Of a DNA stretch of 64,000 bases, positions 51,499-59,366 are shown piece after piece (the stretch's first letter is position 1; every line of letters begins with the position of its first letter). A model generated the notes under the pieces. That model ran no database searches and was not told the origin of the DNA. It was given only the letters and a program-made list of their open reading frames with translations. The stretch comes from Elusimicrobia bacterium GWA2_51_34 (GTDB lineage: Bacteria; Elusimicrobiota; Elusimicrobia; Elusimicrobiales; UBA9959). The position numbers were made by a program, and so were the translations under genes. The DNA lies in assembly GCA_001799565.1 (NCBI GenBank), contig MGTS01000020.1, positions 1,104-65,103 on the forward strand, read 5' to 3'.

Positions 51499-52698
51499 AT
51501 GCAATTTTCATACAAGGCAAGGGGAGCCGGCGGCAAAACTGTTGAAGGCGTGGTGGAAGCCGCCGACCAGAAAGCGGCTTTCGCCCGTTTGCGCGAGCAG
51601 AAACTTGCGGTTCTTGAGGTAAAGCAGAGAGTCGTTAAAAAAAAGTTTTTCAAACCTAAAATCCACAATAGTGACATTGTCATCTTTTCCCGCCAGCTGT
51701 CCACATTGGTGTCCGCCGGAGTGCCCATAGTGCAGGGCCTGAATATTCTTGAAGAACAGGCGGAAAACCCTGCGTTTAAAAGCGTGGTGACCGTTCTGCG
51801 CGGCGATATAGAAGCAGGCCTTTCCATAGCGGACGCCATGCGCAAGCATCCCACCGCTTTTACCGAGCTTTATGTTTCTATGGTAAGAGCGGGCGAGGTT
51901 GGCGGCATACTTGACACCATTCTTGAACGTCTGTCCGCTTACCTGGAAGCCTCGGAAGTCCTGAGGGCAAAGGTAAAAAGCGCCATGATGTATCCCCTGG
52001 TTGTCTCCACGGTGGCGGCGCTCATTACCGTTTTCCTTATCATGTTCGTAATACCCATATTCAAAGACATATTTTCAAGCTTCGGTGGCCAACTGCCCTT
52101 TATCACCCGGGTTATAGTCGGACTGTCGGATTTCCTGCGTCAGAAGTTTGTGTATTTTATCGTGGGCATAGGCGCTATTTACTGGGGAGTCGGGAAATAT
52201 GTCAAAACCGAGAAGGGGCAGGAAAAAATTGACGACTTGTCGCTGAAGCTGCCGGTGTTCGGCATACTGCTTAAAAAAGTGGCTATCGCCAAATTCACAA
52301 GAACTCTGGGCACGCTTATAAAGTCCGGCGTGCCCATACTGCAGGGGCTTGAAACCGTGGCAAAAACCTCCGGCAATAAAATTATAGAGAGGGCTATTAA
52401 CTCGAGCCGCGACTCCATAAAGGAAGGCGGGCGCATCTCCGACCCGCTAAAGAGAGCCAATATCTTCCCGCCCATGGTGATACAGATGATAAGCGTCGGA
52501 GAAGAGACCGGCGGACTGGATAATATGCTTAACAAAATAGCCGATTTTTACGACCAGGAAGTGGATACGGCGGTTAAAGGCCTTACCTCAATGATAGAGC
52601 CGCTTATCATGGTGGTGCTTGGCGCGGTGATAGGCACGATAGTGATAGCCATGTTCATGCCGATGTTAAGCCTCGGCGACATGGTAAGCGGCGGCTGA
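51499..52698 (+). CDS. pilC: Type IV pilus platform protein PilC (GspF family)
   Basis: A 399-aa ORF with two T2SSF repeats ('FSRQLSTLVSAGVPIVQGL', 'FTRTLGTLIKSGVPILQGL') and three TM segments. A terminator follows at 52719-52750. Confidence 0.9.
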   Translation: MQFSYKARGAGGKTVEGVVEAADQKAAFARLREQKLAVLEVKQRVVKKKFFKPKIHNSDIVIFSRQLSTLVSAGVPIVQGLNILEEQAENPAFKSVVTVLRGDIEAGLSIADAMRKHPTAFTELYVSMVRAGEVGGILDTILERLSAYLEASEVLRAKVKSAMMYPLVVSTVAALITVFLIMFVIPIFKDIFSSFGGQLPFITRVIVGLSDFLRQKFVYFIVGIGAIYWGVGKYVKTEKGQEKIDDLSLKLPVFGILLKKVAIAKFTRTLGTLIKSGVPILQGLETVAKTSGNKIIERAINSSRDSIKEGGRISDPLKRANIFPPMVIQMISVGEETGGLDNMLNKIADFYDQEVDTAVKGLTSMIEPLIMVVLGAVIGTIVIAMFMPMLSLGDMVSGG

Positions 52699-52718
52699 TA
52701 TTTTTTAGCGTGTGGTGC

Positions 52719-52750
52719 AACCCGGGGCCAATCCGCCCCGGGTTTTTTTA
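52719..52750 (+). terminator. Rho-independent terminator after pilC
   Basis: AACCCGGGGC-CAATCC-GCCCCGGGTTTTTTTATT forms a 10-bp stem followed by T7. Confidence 0.8.
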
Positions 52751-52840
52751 TTGGTGTATTCACGCGGTACCCCGTAGTTTTGTGGGATATAGTAAACAAT
52801 GTGTTTGTTTTATCATGATAAAGTAAAGTATAATTTCCCC

Positions 52841-53983
52841 ATGTACCAACGTATTCAAAAACTTGAGCTGTCAAAAACCGAAACCTGTTTTTTGCTTGGT
52901 CCGCGCCAGACCGGTAAAAGCACTCTTCTAAAAAAGCTTTTCCCGGAGTCAAAGTATTATGACCTTTTGCTTTCCGAAGAGTTTGAGCGTTTCAGCAAAA
53001 AGCCAGCCCTCCTGCGCGAAGAACTGCTGGCCACACCGCCCAAAGCGCCGGTGTTGATAGACGAGATACAGCTTGTGCCAGCCCTGCTTAACGAAGTTCA
53101 GTGGCTCATCGTAAATAAAAATATCCGGTTCATCCTGTGCGGTTCCAGCGCCAGGAAACTTAGGCGGGCCGGGGCCAATCTTTTAGGCGGCCGCGCCGTT
53201 CATTATGAGCTTTTCCCGCTGGTTTCAAGCGAGATACGGGAGTTCGATCTTCATAAGGCTTTGAACAACGGCCTGCTTCCAAGGCATTATTCGGCGGCCA
53301 GGGCAGGAAAACTTATCCACGCCTATATAGGGGATTACCTTAAAGAGGAAATCTCGGCGGAAGCCGTTTCCCGGAATGTCCCTGTTTTTTCGCGCTTTTT
53401 GGAGGCGGCGGCTTTCAGCAACGGCGAGATGGTCAATTACAACAATATTGCCTCGGATTGCGGGGTTAGTGGCCCTACCATTAAAAATTATTTCCAGATT
53501 CTTTCCGACACGCTGCTGGGGCGGTTTGTGCCGTCTTTCAGAAAAAAACCCAAGCGGCGCGTTATTTTAGCCCCGAAATTCTATTTTTTTGATCTTTCGC
53601 TTCCCAATTTCCTGCTGAAGCGGACAGAAGTAGTTCCGGGCAATGAAGTATTCGGCAAGGCCTTTGAACATTTCATCTTCCAGGAAATAAAAGCGCACAG
53701 TCATTATTCCGGCCTTGAGTATGAAACGGCCTACTGGCGCACCGCATCGCAACTAGAGGTGGATTTCGTGCTGGGCGGAGGGGAGGTTGCCCTTGAAGTA
53801 AAGGGCGTTAAAGAAGTTTTCCCCGGACATCTTAAGGGGCTTCGGGCTTTCGGAGAGGAATATTCTCCACGGCGGCGGATAGCGGTTTCACTGGATACCA
53901 GTCCGCGTTTGGTTGGCGGTATAGAAATTCTACCCTGGAAGATATTCCTGGAAAAGCTATGGTCCGGGAAAATAATCCGCTAA
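52841..53983 (+). CDS. AAA-family ATPase (AAA_14 + DUF4143 type)
   Basis: It has the Walker A 'LLGPRQTGKSTLL' and Walker B 'VLIDEIQLVP', with a C-terminal DUF4143-like part ending in a nuclease-fold-like 'EVDFVLG..EVALEVKG'. The ATG at 52841 was preferred. Confidence 0.7.
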   Translation: MYQRIQKLELSKTETCFLLGPRQTGKSTLLKKLFPESKYYDLLLSEEFERFSKKPALLREELLATPPKAPVLIDEIQLVPALLNEVQWLIVNKNIRFILCGSSARKLRRAGANLLGGRAVHYELFPLVSSEIREFDLHKALNNGLLPRHYSAARAGKLIHAYIGDYLKEEISAEAVSRNVPVFSRFLEAAAFSNGEMVNYNNIASDCGVSGPTIKNYFQILSDTLLGRFVPSFRKKPKRRVILAPKFYFFDLSLPNFLLKRTEVVPGNEVFGKAFEHFIFQEIKAHSHYSGLEYETAYWRTASQLEVDFVLGGGEVALEVKGVKEVFPGHLKGLRAFGEEYSPRRRIAVSLDTSPRLVGGIEILPWKIFLEKLWSGKIIR

Positions 53984-54020
53984 TCTATTGAAATCGCAAC
54001 TTGACAGGGGGAGTGCTCAA

Positions 54021-55472
54021 ATGACAAAGATAATTATTTTCATACTGCTTATCGCTCCGGCATTTACGACGGCAGCTCCCACTGCCAAAAATAAGGCCGA
54101 TATTTACCAGACAATCGCGGGGGAACTCCTGAAAGACTGCACAGGTGCGGGTAAAGCGGTAGCCGTGGCCGGCTTTTCCTATTCCGACGGCCGGGATTCC
54201 CGTGACGGCGGCGTAGTAGCCGAAAGAATAACCACCGAACTGGTAAAATCAAAAAAATTCAAGGTAATTGAAAGAAAAGAAATAGAAAAAGTTTTTGAAG
54301 AATTAAAACTCCAAAGGTCCGGCGCCATAAACCCCGATTCCGCCAAAGAAATAGGCCAAATGCTAGGCGCCGACTGGGTAGTAGTAGGAACCCTAACCGA
54401 ACTCCCCGACAAACAATTAGAACTAAACACCCGCCTGGTATCAGTAGAATCCGGAGAAATAATAAACGCCGCCAAGACCCAAATAAAAAAAGACTGGCTG
54501 GACCAATACAAGAAACTCCTTGAAGAGCAAAACAAAGTTATTAAGAAAAACTCAAAGGACGCACAAGCATTTTACGAGAGGGGCACAATGTATGCTGATT
54601 TGGGGCAATATGATAATGCGATAGGAAGCTTCGGCATAGCGATTAGTATTGATCCGACCCATCTGATGGCTTATTTCGGTAGAGGAAATGTTTATTATGC
54701 AAAGAGGGATTTTGATAAAGTGATAGAAGATTTTTCCAAAGCTATAGCAATTGATCCGAAGTTTACTGGCGCGTATTACGAGCGTGGATTGGCATATAAC
54801 GAGAAGGGTGAGTATAACAAGGGAATAGAAGATTTTTTAAGGGTAATATTGGATGTTCCGAAGAATGCGGGGGCCCATAGTGCTCTTGGGAGTATCTATG
54901 CTAGTAAAAGAGAGTATGATAAGGCAATTAAAGAACATTCCGTGGCGTTAGAAATTGATCCAAAGGATGCGGGGGAATATTCCAATCGTGGGGGTGCTTA
55001 TGTGCAGAATGGTGAGCTTGATAAGGGCATTGAAGATTTTTCTAAGGCAATAGAGATTGACCCAAGAGAAGCGACAATATATACGAACCGAGGGATTGCG
55101 TATTCACAGAAGAGGGAATGGGCCGAAGCAATAGAAGACTTTTCTATGGCCATCTTAATCAACCCAAAGGATGCGTATTCGTATGCGTTCCGGGGCCATA
55201 TGTATCAAGGCAAAGGCGAATGCTCCAAAGCATTAGATGACGTTAACAAGGCCATAGCAATTAATCCCAATCTGGCTGAAGCATACATGTATCGTGGAAG
55301 AAATAGTTTATGTGGAAAAGGTGTCGGGAGCATACTTGAACGAGCGGAAGTTGTTAAGGCAATAGAGGATTTTAACACAGCAGTAAAATTAGATTCGAAG
55401 CTCTATACAGAGTTACAAGCTTTAGTTGATGCACTAAAGTGGCCAGGTTTATCCAAACCAACATCAAAGTGA
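54021..55472 (+). CDS. Secreted/lipoprotein-like TPR repeat protein with an N-terminal FlgO/CsgG/LpoB-like domain
   Basis: It has the signal peptide 'MTKIIIFILLIAPAFTTAAP' and 'VAVAGFSYSDGRDS..VIERKEIEKVFEELKLQRSG..IGQMLGADWVVVGTL', typical of the CsgG/FlgO-type small domain. About 9 TPR units follow ('AYYERGLAYNEKGEYNKGIEDF'...). Confidence 0.7.
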   Translation: MTKIIIFILLIAPAFTTAAPTAKNKADIYQTIAGELLKDCTGAGKAVAVAGFSYSDGRDSRDGGVVAERITTELVKSKKFKVIERKEIEKVFEELKLQRSGAINPDSAKEIGQMLGADWVVVGTLTELPDKQLELNTRLVSVESGEIINAAKTQIKKDWLDQYKKLLEEQNKVIKKNSKDAQAFYERGTMYADLGQYDNAIGSFGIAISIDPTHLMAYFGRGNVYYAKRDFDKVIEDFSKAIAIDPKFTGAYYERGLAYNEKGEYNKGIEDFLRVILDVPKNAGAHSALGSIYASKREYDKAIKEHSVALEIDPKDAGEYSNRGGAYVQNGELDKGIEDFSKAIEIDPREATIYTNRGIAYSQKREWAEAIEDFSMAILINPKDAYSYAFRGHMYQGKGECSKALDDVNKAIAINPNLAEAYMYRGRNSLCGKGVGSILERAEVVKAIEDFNTAVKLDSKLYTELQALVDALKWPGLSKPTSK

Positions 55473-55589
55473 AATTTTCTGCCCTCTCCTGAAACTTAGT
55501 CGGTTTGGAAAAGGTAATAATAATCAGTCTTTTTTTACTAACGATAGAGTATAAATTAAAAATTGTTGATCCTGACTCACGGGGAGTAA

Positions 55590-56129
55590 ATGTCAAATTC
55601 TAAAATAAATGATTTTACGGAAGTGCTAAATGAATCTATAAAACGAGTAAATAATAATTATTTTATTCTTCCCGTGTCCGCTGGTTTGCCTATATCCAGA
55701 GAGCGAGTATTCTGTTACGAACTATATCATCAAATCCGATGTAAAATTATGGTTGATGGAATTGATATGACAATTCATGCTGAGGTGGATAAAAGCGGCG
55801 GTGCCATAATAAAAACTAAAAGAAAGCCAGATTTTATCTGGCATGTTTCTGGAACAAATAGGAACCATGTCGTTATGGAAGTGAAGTCTGCTGTAAAACT
55901 GAGGAAGGACCAGTTGAAAAAAGATATTGAAACATTAAACGAATTTATTACGAAGTGGCAATATAAGGCAGGGATCCTTCTTGTTTTTTCTGACAAAAAT
56001 ACAGAAGCGATAAAAAATGATATAGAAAGAAAAGTTTCTTGGGATTTGATTAATTCAAAAATTGGTGTGTACCTTGGGTTACAAACTGGGATTCAATCCA
56101 TAAAAAGACAAAACCAATTGGGTGGGTAA
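55590..56129 (+). CDS. Hypothetical protein with a PD-(D/E)xK nuclease-like motif
   Basis: A 179-aa, AT-rich gene. 'ERVFCYELYHQIR' .. 'KPDFIWHVSG' .. 'VVMEVKSA' gives an E...PD...ExK arrangement. I recognise no family. Confidence 0.45.
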   Translation: MSNSKINDFTEVLNESIKRVNNNYFILPVSAGLPISRERVFCYELYHQIRCKIMVDGIDMTIHAEVDKSGGAIIKTKRKPDFIWHVSGTNRNHVVMEVKSAVKLRKDQLKKDIETLNEFITKWQYKAGILLVFSDKNTEAIKNDIERKVSWDLINSKIGVYLGLQTGIQSIKRQNQLGG

Positions 56130-56185
56130 ATCGGACGTATCAAAAAAAGGGTGGGGACACCTATATATTAAATTTAGGAATGTAA

Positions 56186-56314
56186 GAAAGAGCCGGCAGG
56201 TTTGTTTGCGGAGGTTTCCGGAGGCCGACTTGGGCTTGCAGTCAGGGGAGGTCGAGGATAAGGGCGGCCGCGCTGGCCGACCCGGCCTCCGCGGGCAAAC
56301 CTGCCGGCTCTTTC
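56186..56314. repeat. 129-bp GC-rich element with 19-bp perfect terminal inverted repeats (MITE-like)
   Basis: GAAAGAGCCGGCAGGTTTG (56186-56204) pairs with CAAACCTGCCGGCTCTTTC (56296-56314). The inverted repeat extends to about 29 bp with 3 mismatches. It sits in an otherwise AT-rich region. Confidence 0.85.
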
Positions 56315-56338
56315 ATCCGAATTGACAAGATGTAAACT

Positions 56339-56352
56339 ATAGTGTACACTAT
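56339..56352. promoter_or_regulatory. 14-bp perfect palindrome, candidate operator of the orphan antitoxin
   Basis: ATAGTGTACACTAT lies 45 nt upstream of the ATG at 56397 and is flanked by direct GTAAAC repeats. Confidence 0.4.
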
Positions 56353-56396
56353 TTATAACACGTAAACGATCCATTATCTATAAAGCGGAGCAGCGT

Positions 56397-56687
56397 ATGA
56401 GAACCTATCGAAGCCATGATGATTATTTGGACAAAGTGTTGAAAGATCCCAAAGAAGCCGCCCGTTATCTGAACGCGGCTGCGGAAGAGAACGACCAGGC
56501 GCTCATACTTGCCGCGCTCGCCCAGGTTGCCAAAGCGCATGGGCTTTCAAAAACGGCTAAAATGGCGTCGCTGTCGCGGATGGGCCTATATAAGACGCTT
56601 TCAAAAAAAGGGAATCCGGAATTTAAGACGTTCCTGGGTGTGTTGAACGCCTCGGGCCTGCAAATGTCGTTTAGGCCAATAGTTTAA
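56397..56687 (+). CDS. Addiction-module antidote protein (HigA-like HTH antitoxin); no cognate toxin gene present
   Basis: 'YLDKVLKDPKEAARYLNAAAEENDQALILAALAQVAKAHGLSKTAKMASLSRMGLYKTLSKKGNPEFKTFLGVLNASGL' matches my memory of the 'putative addiction module antidote' family that normally follows a RelE-like killer gene. Confidence 0.7.
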   Translation: MRTYRSHDDYLDKVLKDPKEAARYLNAAAEENDQALILAALAQVAKAHGLSKTAKMASLSRMGLYKTLSKKGNPEFKTFLGVLNASGLQMSFRPIV

Positions 56688-56821
56688 AACTTTCCGTCCT
56701 TATCCGCCAAAATTCAGTCCCGGAGCGCACGGATAATCCGCCGGCTCTTCCTTAAGTAACAAAAGGCAGCCCATATATTGGTATGGTATAAAAGCCATAT
56801 ATCGTGTATACTATATCAGAC

Positions 56822-57106
56822 ATGCTACATTTTGAGTGGGATGAAAGGAAGGATGGGGAAAATCAGTCAAAACATGACGTATCCTTTAGGCTTGCTCAAT
56901 ATGCATTCTCCGATCTTAAACGCATCATCGCCGAAGATCTGGAGCATAGCAGGGAGGAAAAGCGGTTCTTTTGCTTTGGCAGGGTAAGAGAAGGAATCCT
57001 GACCGTCCGATTCACGTTTAGGAAGAATACGATTCGGATTATCGGGGCGGGATACTGGAGAAAAGGGAGGACAATTTATGAAGAAGAAAATAAAGTACAC
57101 GGATGA
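56822..57106 (+). CDS. brnT: BrnT-family (DUF497) type II toxin
   Basis: 'MLHFEWDERKDGENQSKHDVSFRLAQYAFSD..RFFCFGRV.EGILTVRFTFRKNTIRIIGAGYW' is the BrnT pattern. Confidence 0.8.
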   Translation: MLHFEWDERKDGENQSKHDVSFRLAQYAFSDLKRIIAEDLEHSREEKRFFCFGRVREGILTVRFTFRKNTIRIIGAGYWRKGRTIYEEENKVHG

Positions 57107-57314
57107 GCCGCTCGGACAGCTACAGGTAATCAAAGACTTCCTACCTCCTCCGGAGGAACTGGTTTTTAAAGAGGATGGCGTTAAAGTCACTATGACATTG
57201 AGCAAGTCCAGTGTAGAGTTCTTTAAGAGAGCGGCTCATAAGTACCACACTCCGTATCAAAAGATGATTCGGAAATTGATTGATGTTTACGCAACTCATT
57301 TCCCATTACTTTAA
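57078..57314 (+). CDS. brnA: BrnA-family antitoxin
   Basis: A 78-aa ORF overlapping the brnT 3' end by 29 nt. It contains 'IKDFLPPPEELVFKEDGVKVTMTLSKSSVEFFKRAA' (RHH/CopG-like). Confidence 0.75.
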   Translation: MKKKIKYTDEPLGQLQVIKDFLPPPEELVFKEDGVKVTMTLSKSSVEFFKRAAHKYHTPYQKMIRKLIDVYATHFPLL

Positions 57315-57491
57315 CCATCCGCTTCACCCCGTTCATTTTCTGTTAAAAAAGTTTATGGTATAAAATTACCATGTTTATGGTAAAACAATATAAAAGCTTG
57401 TAAATACCGCCATAGGGGCAATTTTCGGGTTTATGGACCCCCGACAACAAATATCGGGGGTGACAACGTTTCTGATTATAAACTGTTACGG

Positions 57492-57794
57492 TTAAAAACC
57501 TGCGGCGTTTTCTTTTCGTAGCAGGCGGCGTTTTGATGCCAGACCGCCTGGGGCGGAGAAGCCGCCTAGGGTGCCGTCCGATTTTATCACCCTGTGGCAG
57601 GGGACTATGGGGGCGAAAGGGTTTTTACCGAGAGCCGAGCCTACCGCCCTCATCGCGCCTGGTTTGTCTATCTGTTTCGCTATCCATTTATAACTGCGTG
57701 TCTGGCCTTTTGGAATTTTCATACAGGCGCGCCAGACCGCCTGCTGAAAAGGCGTGTAGGATTTCATTTTTAATAGAACTTGTTGTTTTGTCAT
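57492..57794 (-). CDS. MGMT-family single-domain methylated-DNA--protein-cysteine methyltransferase
   Basis: 'FQQAVWRACMKIPKGQTRSYKWIA..AVGSALGKNPFAPIVPCHRVI' retains the active-site PCHRV. It is only 100 aa, with no N-terminal domain. Confidence 0.8.
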   Translation of the reverse strand: MTKQQVLLKMKSYTPFQQAVWRACMKIPKGQTRSYKWIAKQIDKPGAMRAVGSALGKNPFAPIVPCHRVIKSDGTLGGFSAPGGLASKRRLLRKENAAGF

Positions 57795-57809
57795 GAAGTA
57801 ATTTGTTCA

Positions 57810-57898
57810 GATGCAAAGATGCAAGGATGTAAAGACGCAAGGAGGGTTGAAAAAAGAGATCCCCCTAGACTGCTTTGCGTCCAAATTGCTACCCCTCC
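57810..57898. repeat. GATGCAAA-type octamer array with a partial complementary arm (uvrC-MGMT spacer)
   Basis: GATGCAAA GATGCAAG GATGTAAA GACGCAAG GAGGG ... CTGCTTTGCGTCCAAATTGCTACCCCTCC. Confidence 0.7.
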
Positions 57899-59193
57899 AA
57901 TTCTGCCTTGCCGCGCAGTAGCCGGTGGTAACGTACGGCGAAGCGGTGGGCTTCGTTCCGCAGGGCCTCCAGCAGCAACAGGCCGGGGTGCGCCCGGTCA
58001 AGGATCAGCGGGAAAGCCCGGCCCGGCATGTAAATTTCCTCAAGGCGCTTCGCGAGCCCTATAACCGGTATCTTCATTTCAGCCGCGCGCAGCGCCTTCA
58101 TCGCCGCCGCAAGCTGCCCCGGCCCTCCGTCAATAACCAGCAGATCCGGCGGAGGCTCGCCGCTCTTCTTTACCTGTGCAAGCCGCCTGCCGACAATTTC
58201 CTCCATCATCGCAAAATCATTGCCGCCTTCCGGAACATTGCGGAAATTTACCCGGTATCTGCGGTAGTGCGCCGTGTTCTTCTCGCCGTTGATAACACAA
58301 ACCGAGGACCCGACCGCCTGCTTCCCGAAGAGGCTTGAGGTGTCAAAAGCCTCTATGTGGGCGGGGGGCCGCGCCAGGGCCAGCGCCGTTTTAAGCGCCG
58401 TCACTGCCCCTGTGCGCCCGGTTGCCAGCTCCATGAAATTTTCCGGCAGACGGTTGACAAAAACCCGCTCCCGCATATGGTCAAAGGCGGACAAAAAATC
58501 ACGGTACTGAGCGGCTTCCTCGTACGCGAGTTTTTTTACGGAGAGCGCCATTTTAAGGCGGAAGGCGCCGCGCAGCTTTCCCAAATCCCCTTTAAGAAAA
58601 TCCGCCACACGCCCGGTCAAAGCGGCGTAAGCGGTTTTTGATATTTTCCCGGCGCAGGGGGCGGGGCATTGGCCGGTATGGTAGTAAAGACAGGCGTTTA
58701 TTTTGCGCGCATTAAGCGGTTTCGCAAGTGAAAAATCCCAGCGGCAGCGGCGCAGATTTATAAATTTTATGCGCCACAAATAACCGAAAAGTTTTTTGAG
58801 CGGTTCCATTTTAGGGTAAGGGCCGAAATAGGCCGCGCCGTCGCGCGGTTTGGCGCGCGTGAAAAAAACGCGGGGGAAATCTTCGCGCGTTATTTTCACG
58901 TACGGATAGGACTTGGAGTCCTTCCACATCTCGTTAAAAAAGGGCTGATAACGATGGATAAGCGTGCGTTCGGTTAACAGCGCCTCCCGTTCGCTTGCGG
59001 AAGCTACATAATCTATGGAGCGGATAAGCGCCGTCAGGCTGGGAATCTTGCGCCTGCCGTCGGAGGGGTTCTTTTTAAAATACTGCGCCACCCTTTTTTT
59101 CAGGTCCTTCGCCTTGCCGATATAGATTATGGCGCCTGAAACGTCGCGCATCAGGTAAACGCCGGGAGAAGCGGGAAGGTGGGTGAGGTCCAT
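57889..59193 (-). CDS. uvrC: UvrC-like excinuclease subunit lacking the C-terminal (HhH)2 domain
   Basis: It has GIY-YIG 'GVYLMRDVSGAIIYIGKAKDLKKRVAQYF', the UVR motif 'YEEAAQYRDFLSAFDHM' and an RNase H-like 'IEAFDTSSLFG..LLVIDGGPGQL..IGLAKRLEEIY'. It ends right after 'NEAHRFAVRYHRLLR' at 434 aa. Confidence 0.8.
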   Translation of the reverse strand: MDLTHLPASPGVYLMRDVSGAIIYIGKAKDLKKRVAQYFKKNPSDGRRKIPSLTALIRSIDYVASASEREALLTERTLIHRYQPFFNEMWKDSKSYPYVKITREDFPRVFFTRAKPRDGAAYFGPYPKMEPLKKLFGYLWRIKFINLRRCRWDFSLAKPLNARKINACLYYHTGQCPAPCAGKISKTAYAALTGRVADFLKGDLGKLRGAFRLKMALSVKKLAYEEAAQYRDFLSAFDHMRERVFVNRLPENFMELATGRTGAVTALKTALALARPPAHIEAFDTSSLFGKQAVGSSVCVINGEKNTAHYRRYRVNFRNVPEGGNDFAMMEEIVGRRLAQVKKSGEPPPDLLVIDGGPGQLAAAMKALRAAEMKIPVIGLAKRLEEIYMPGRAFPLILDRAHPGLLLLEALRNEAHRFAVRYHRLLRGKAELEG

Positions 59194-59210
59194 ATTTAAG
59201 AAACTTCATT

Positions 59211-59362
59211 TGCCTTAAGCCATAAGGGCGCCGCGCCCGCTATAAGCCGTAAATTTTAGATATGGCTATTGCCTTAGGCCATAAGCCGTAAGCCATATGT
59301 CAGTAAGAAACTCCTTAAAAGCTTATGTAGTCTTTCTGCTTATGGCTTACGGCTTATGGCAG
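59211..59362. repeat. GCCATAAG-type composite periodic element (murJ-uvrC spacer)
   Basis: GCCTTAGGCCATAAGCCGTAAGCCATATG ... GCTTATGGCTTACGGCTTATGGCAGCC. The loop contains GAAACTCCT (59307-59315). A second partial copy lies at 59211-59270. Confidence 0.85.
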
Positions 59363-59366
59363 CCGG

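Noticed and set aside
56122-56374. 67-aa (+) and 66-aa (-) ORFs upstream of the orphan antitoxin, considered as the missing toxin
   Set aside because: Both are mirror translations of the 129-bp inverted-repeat element (Arg/Gly/Pro-rich). They bear no resemblance to RelE/HigB-type toxins.
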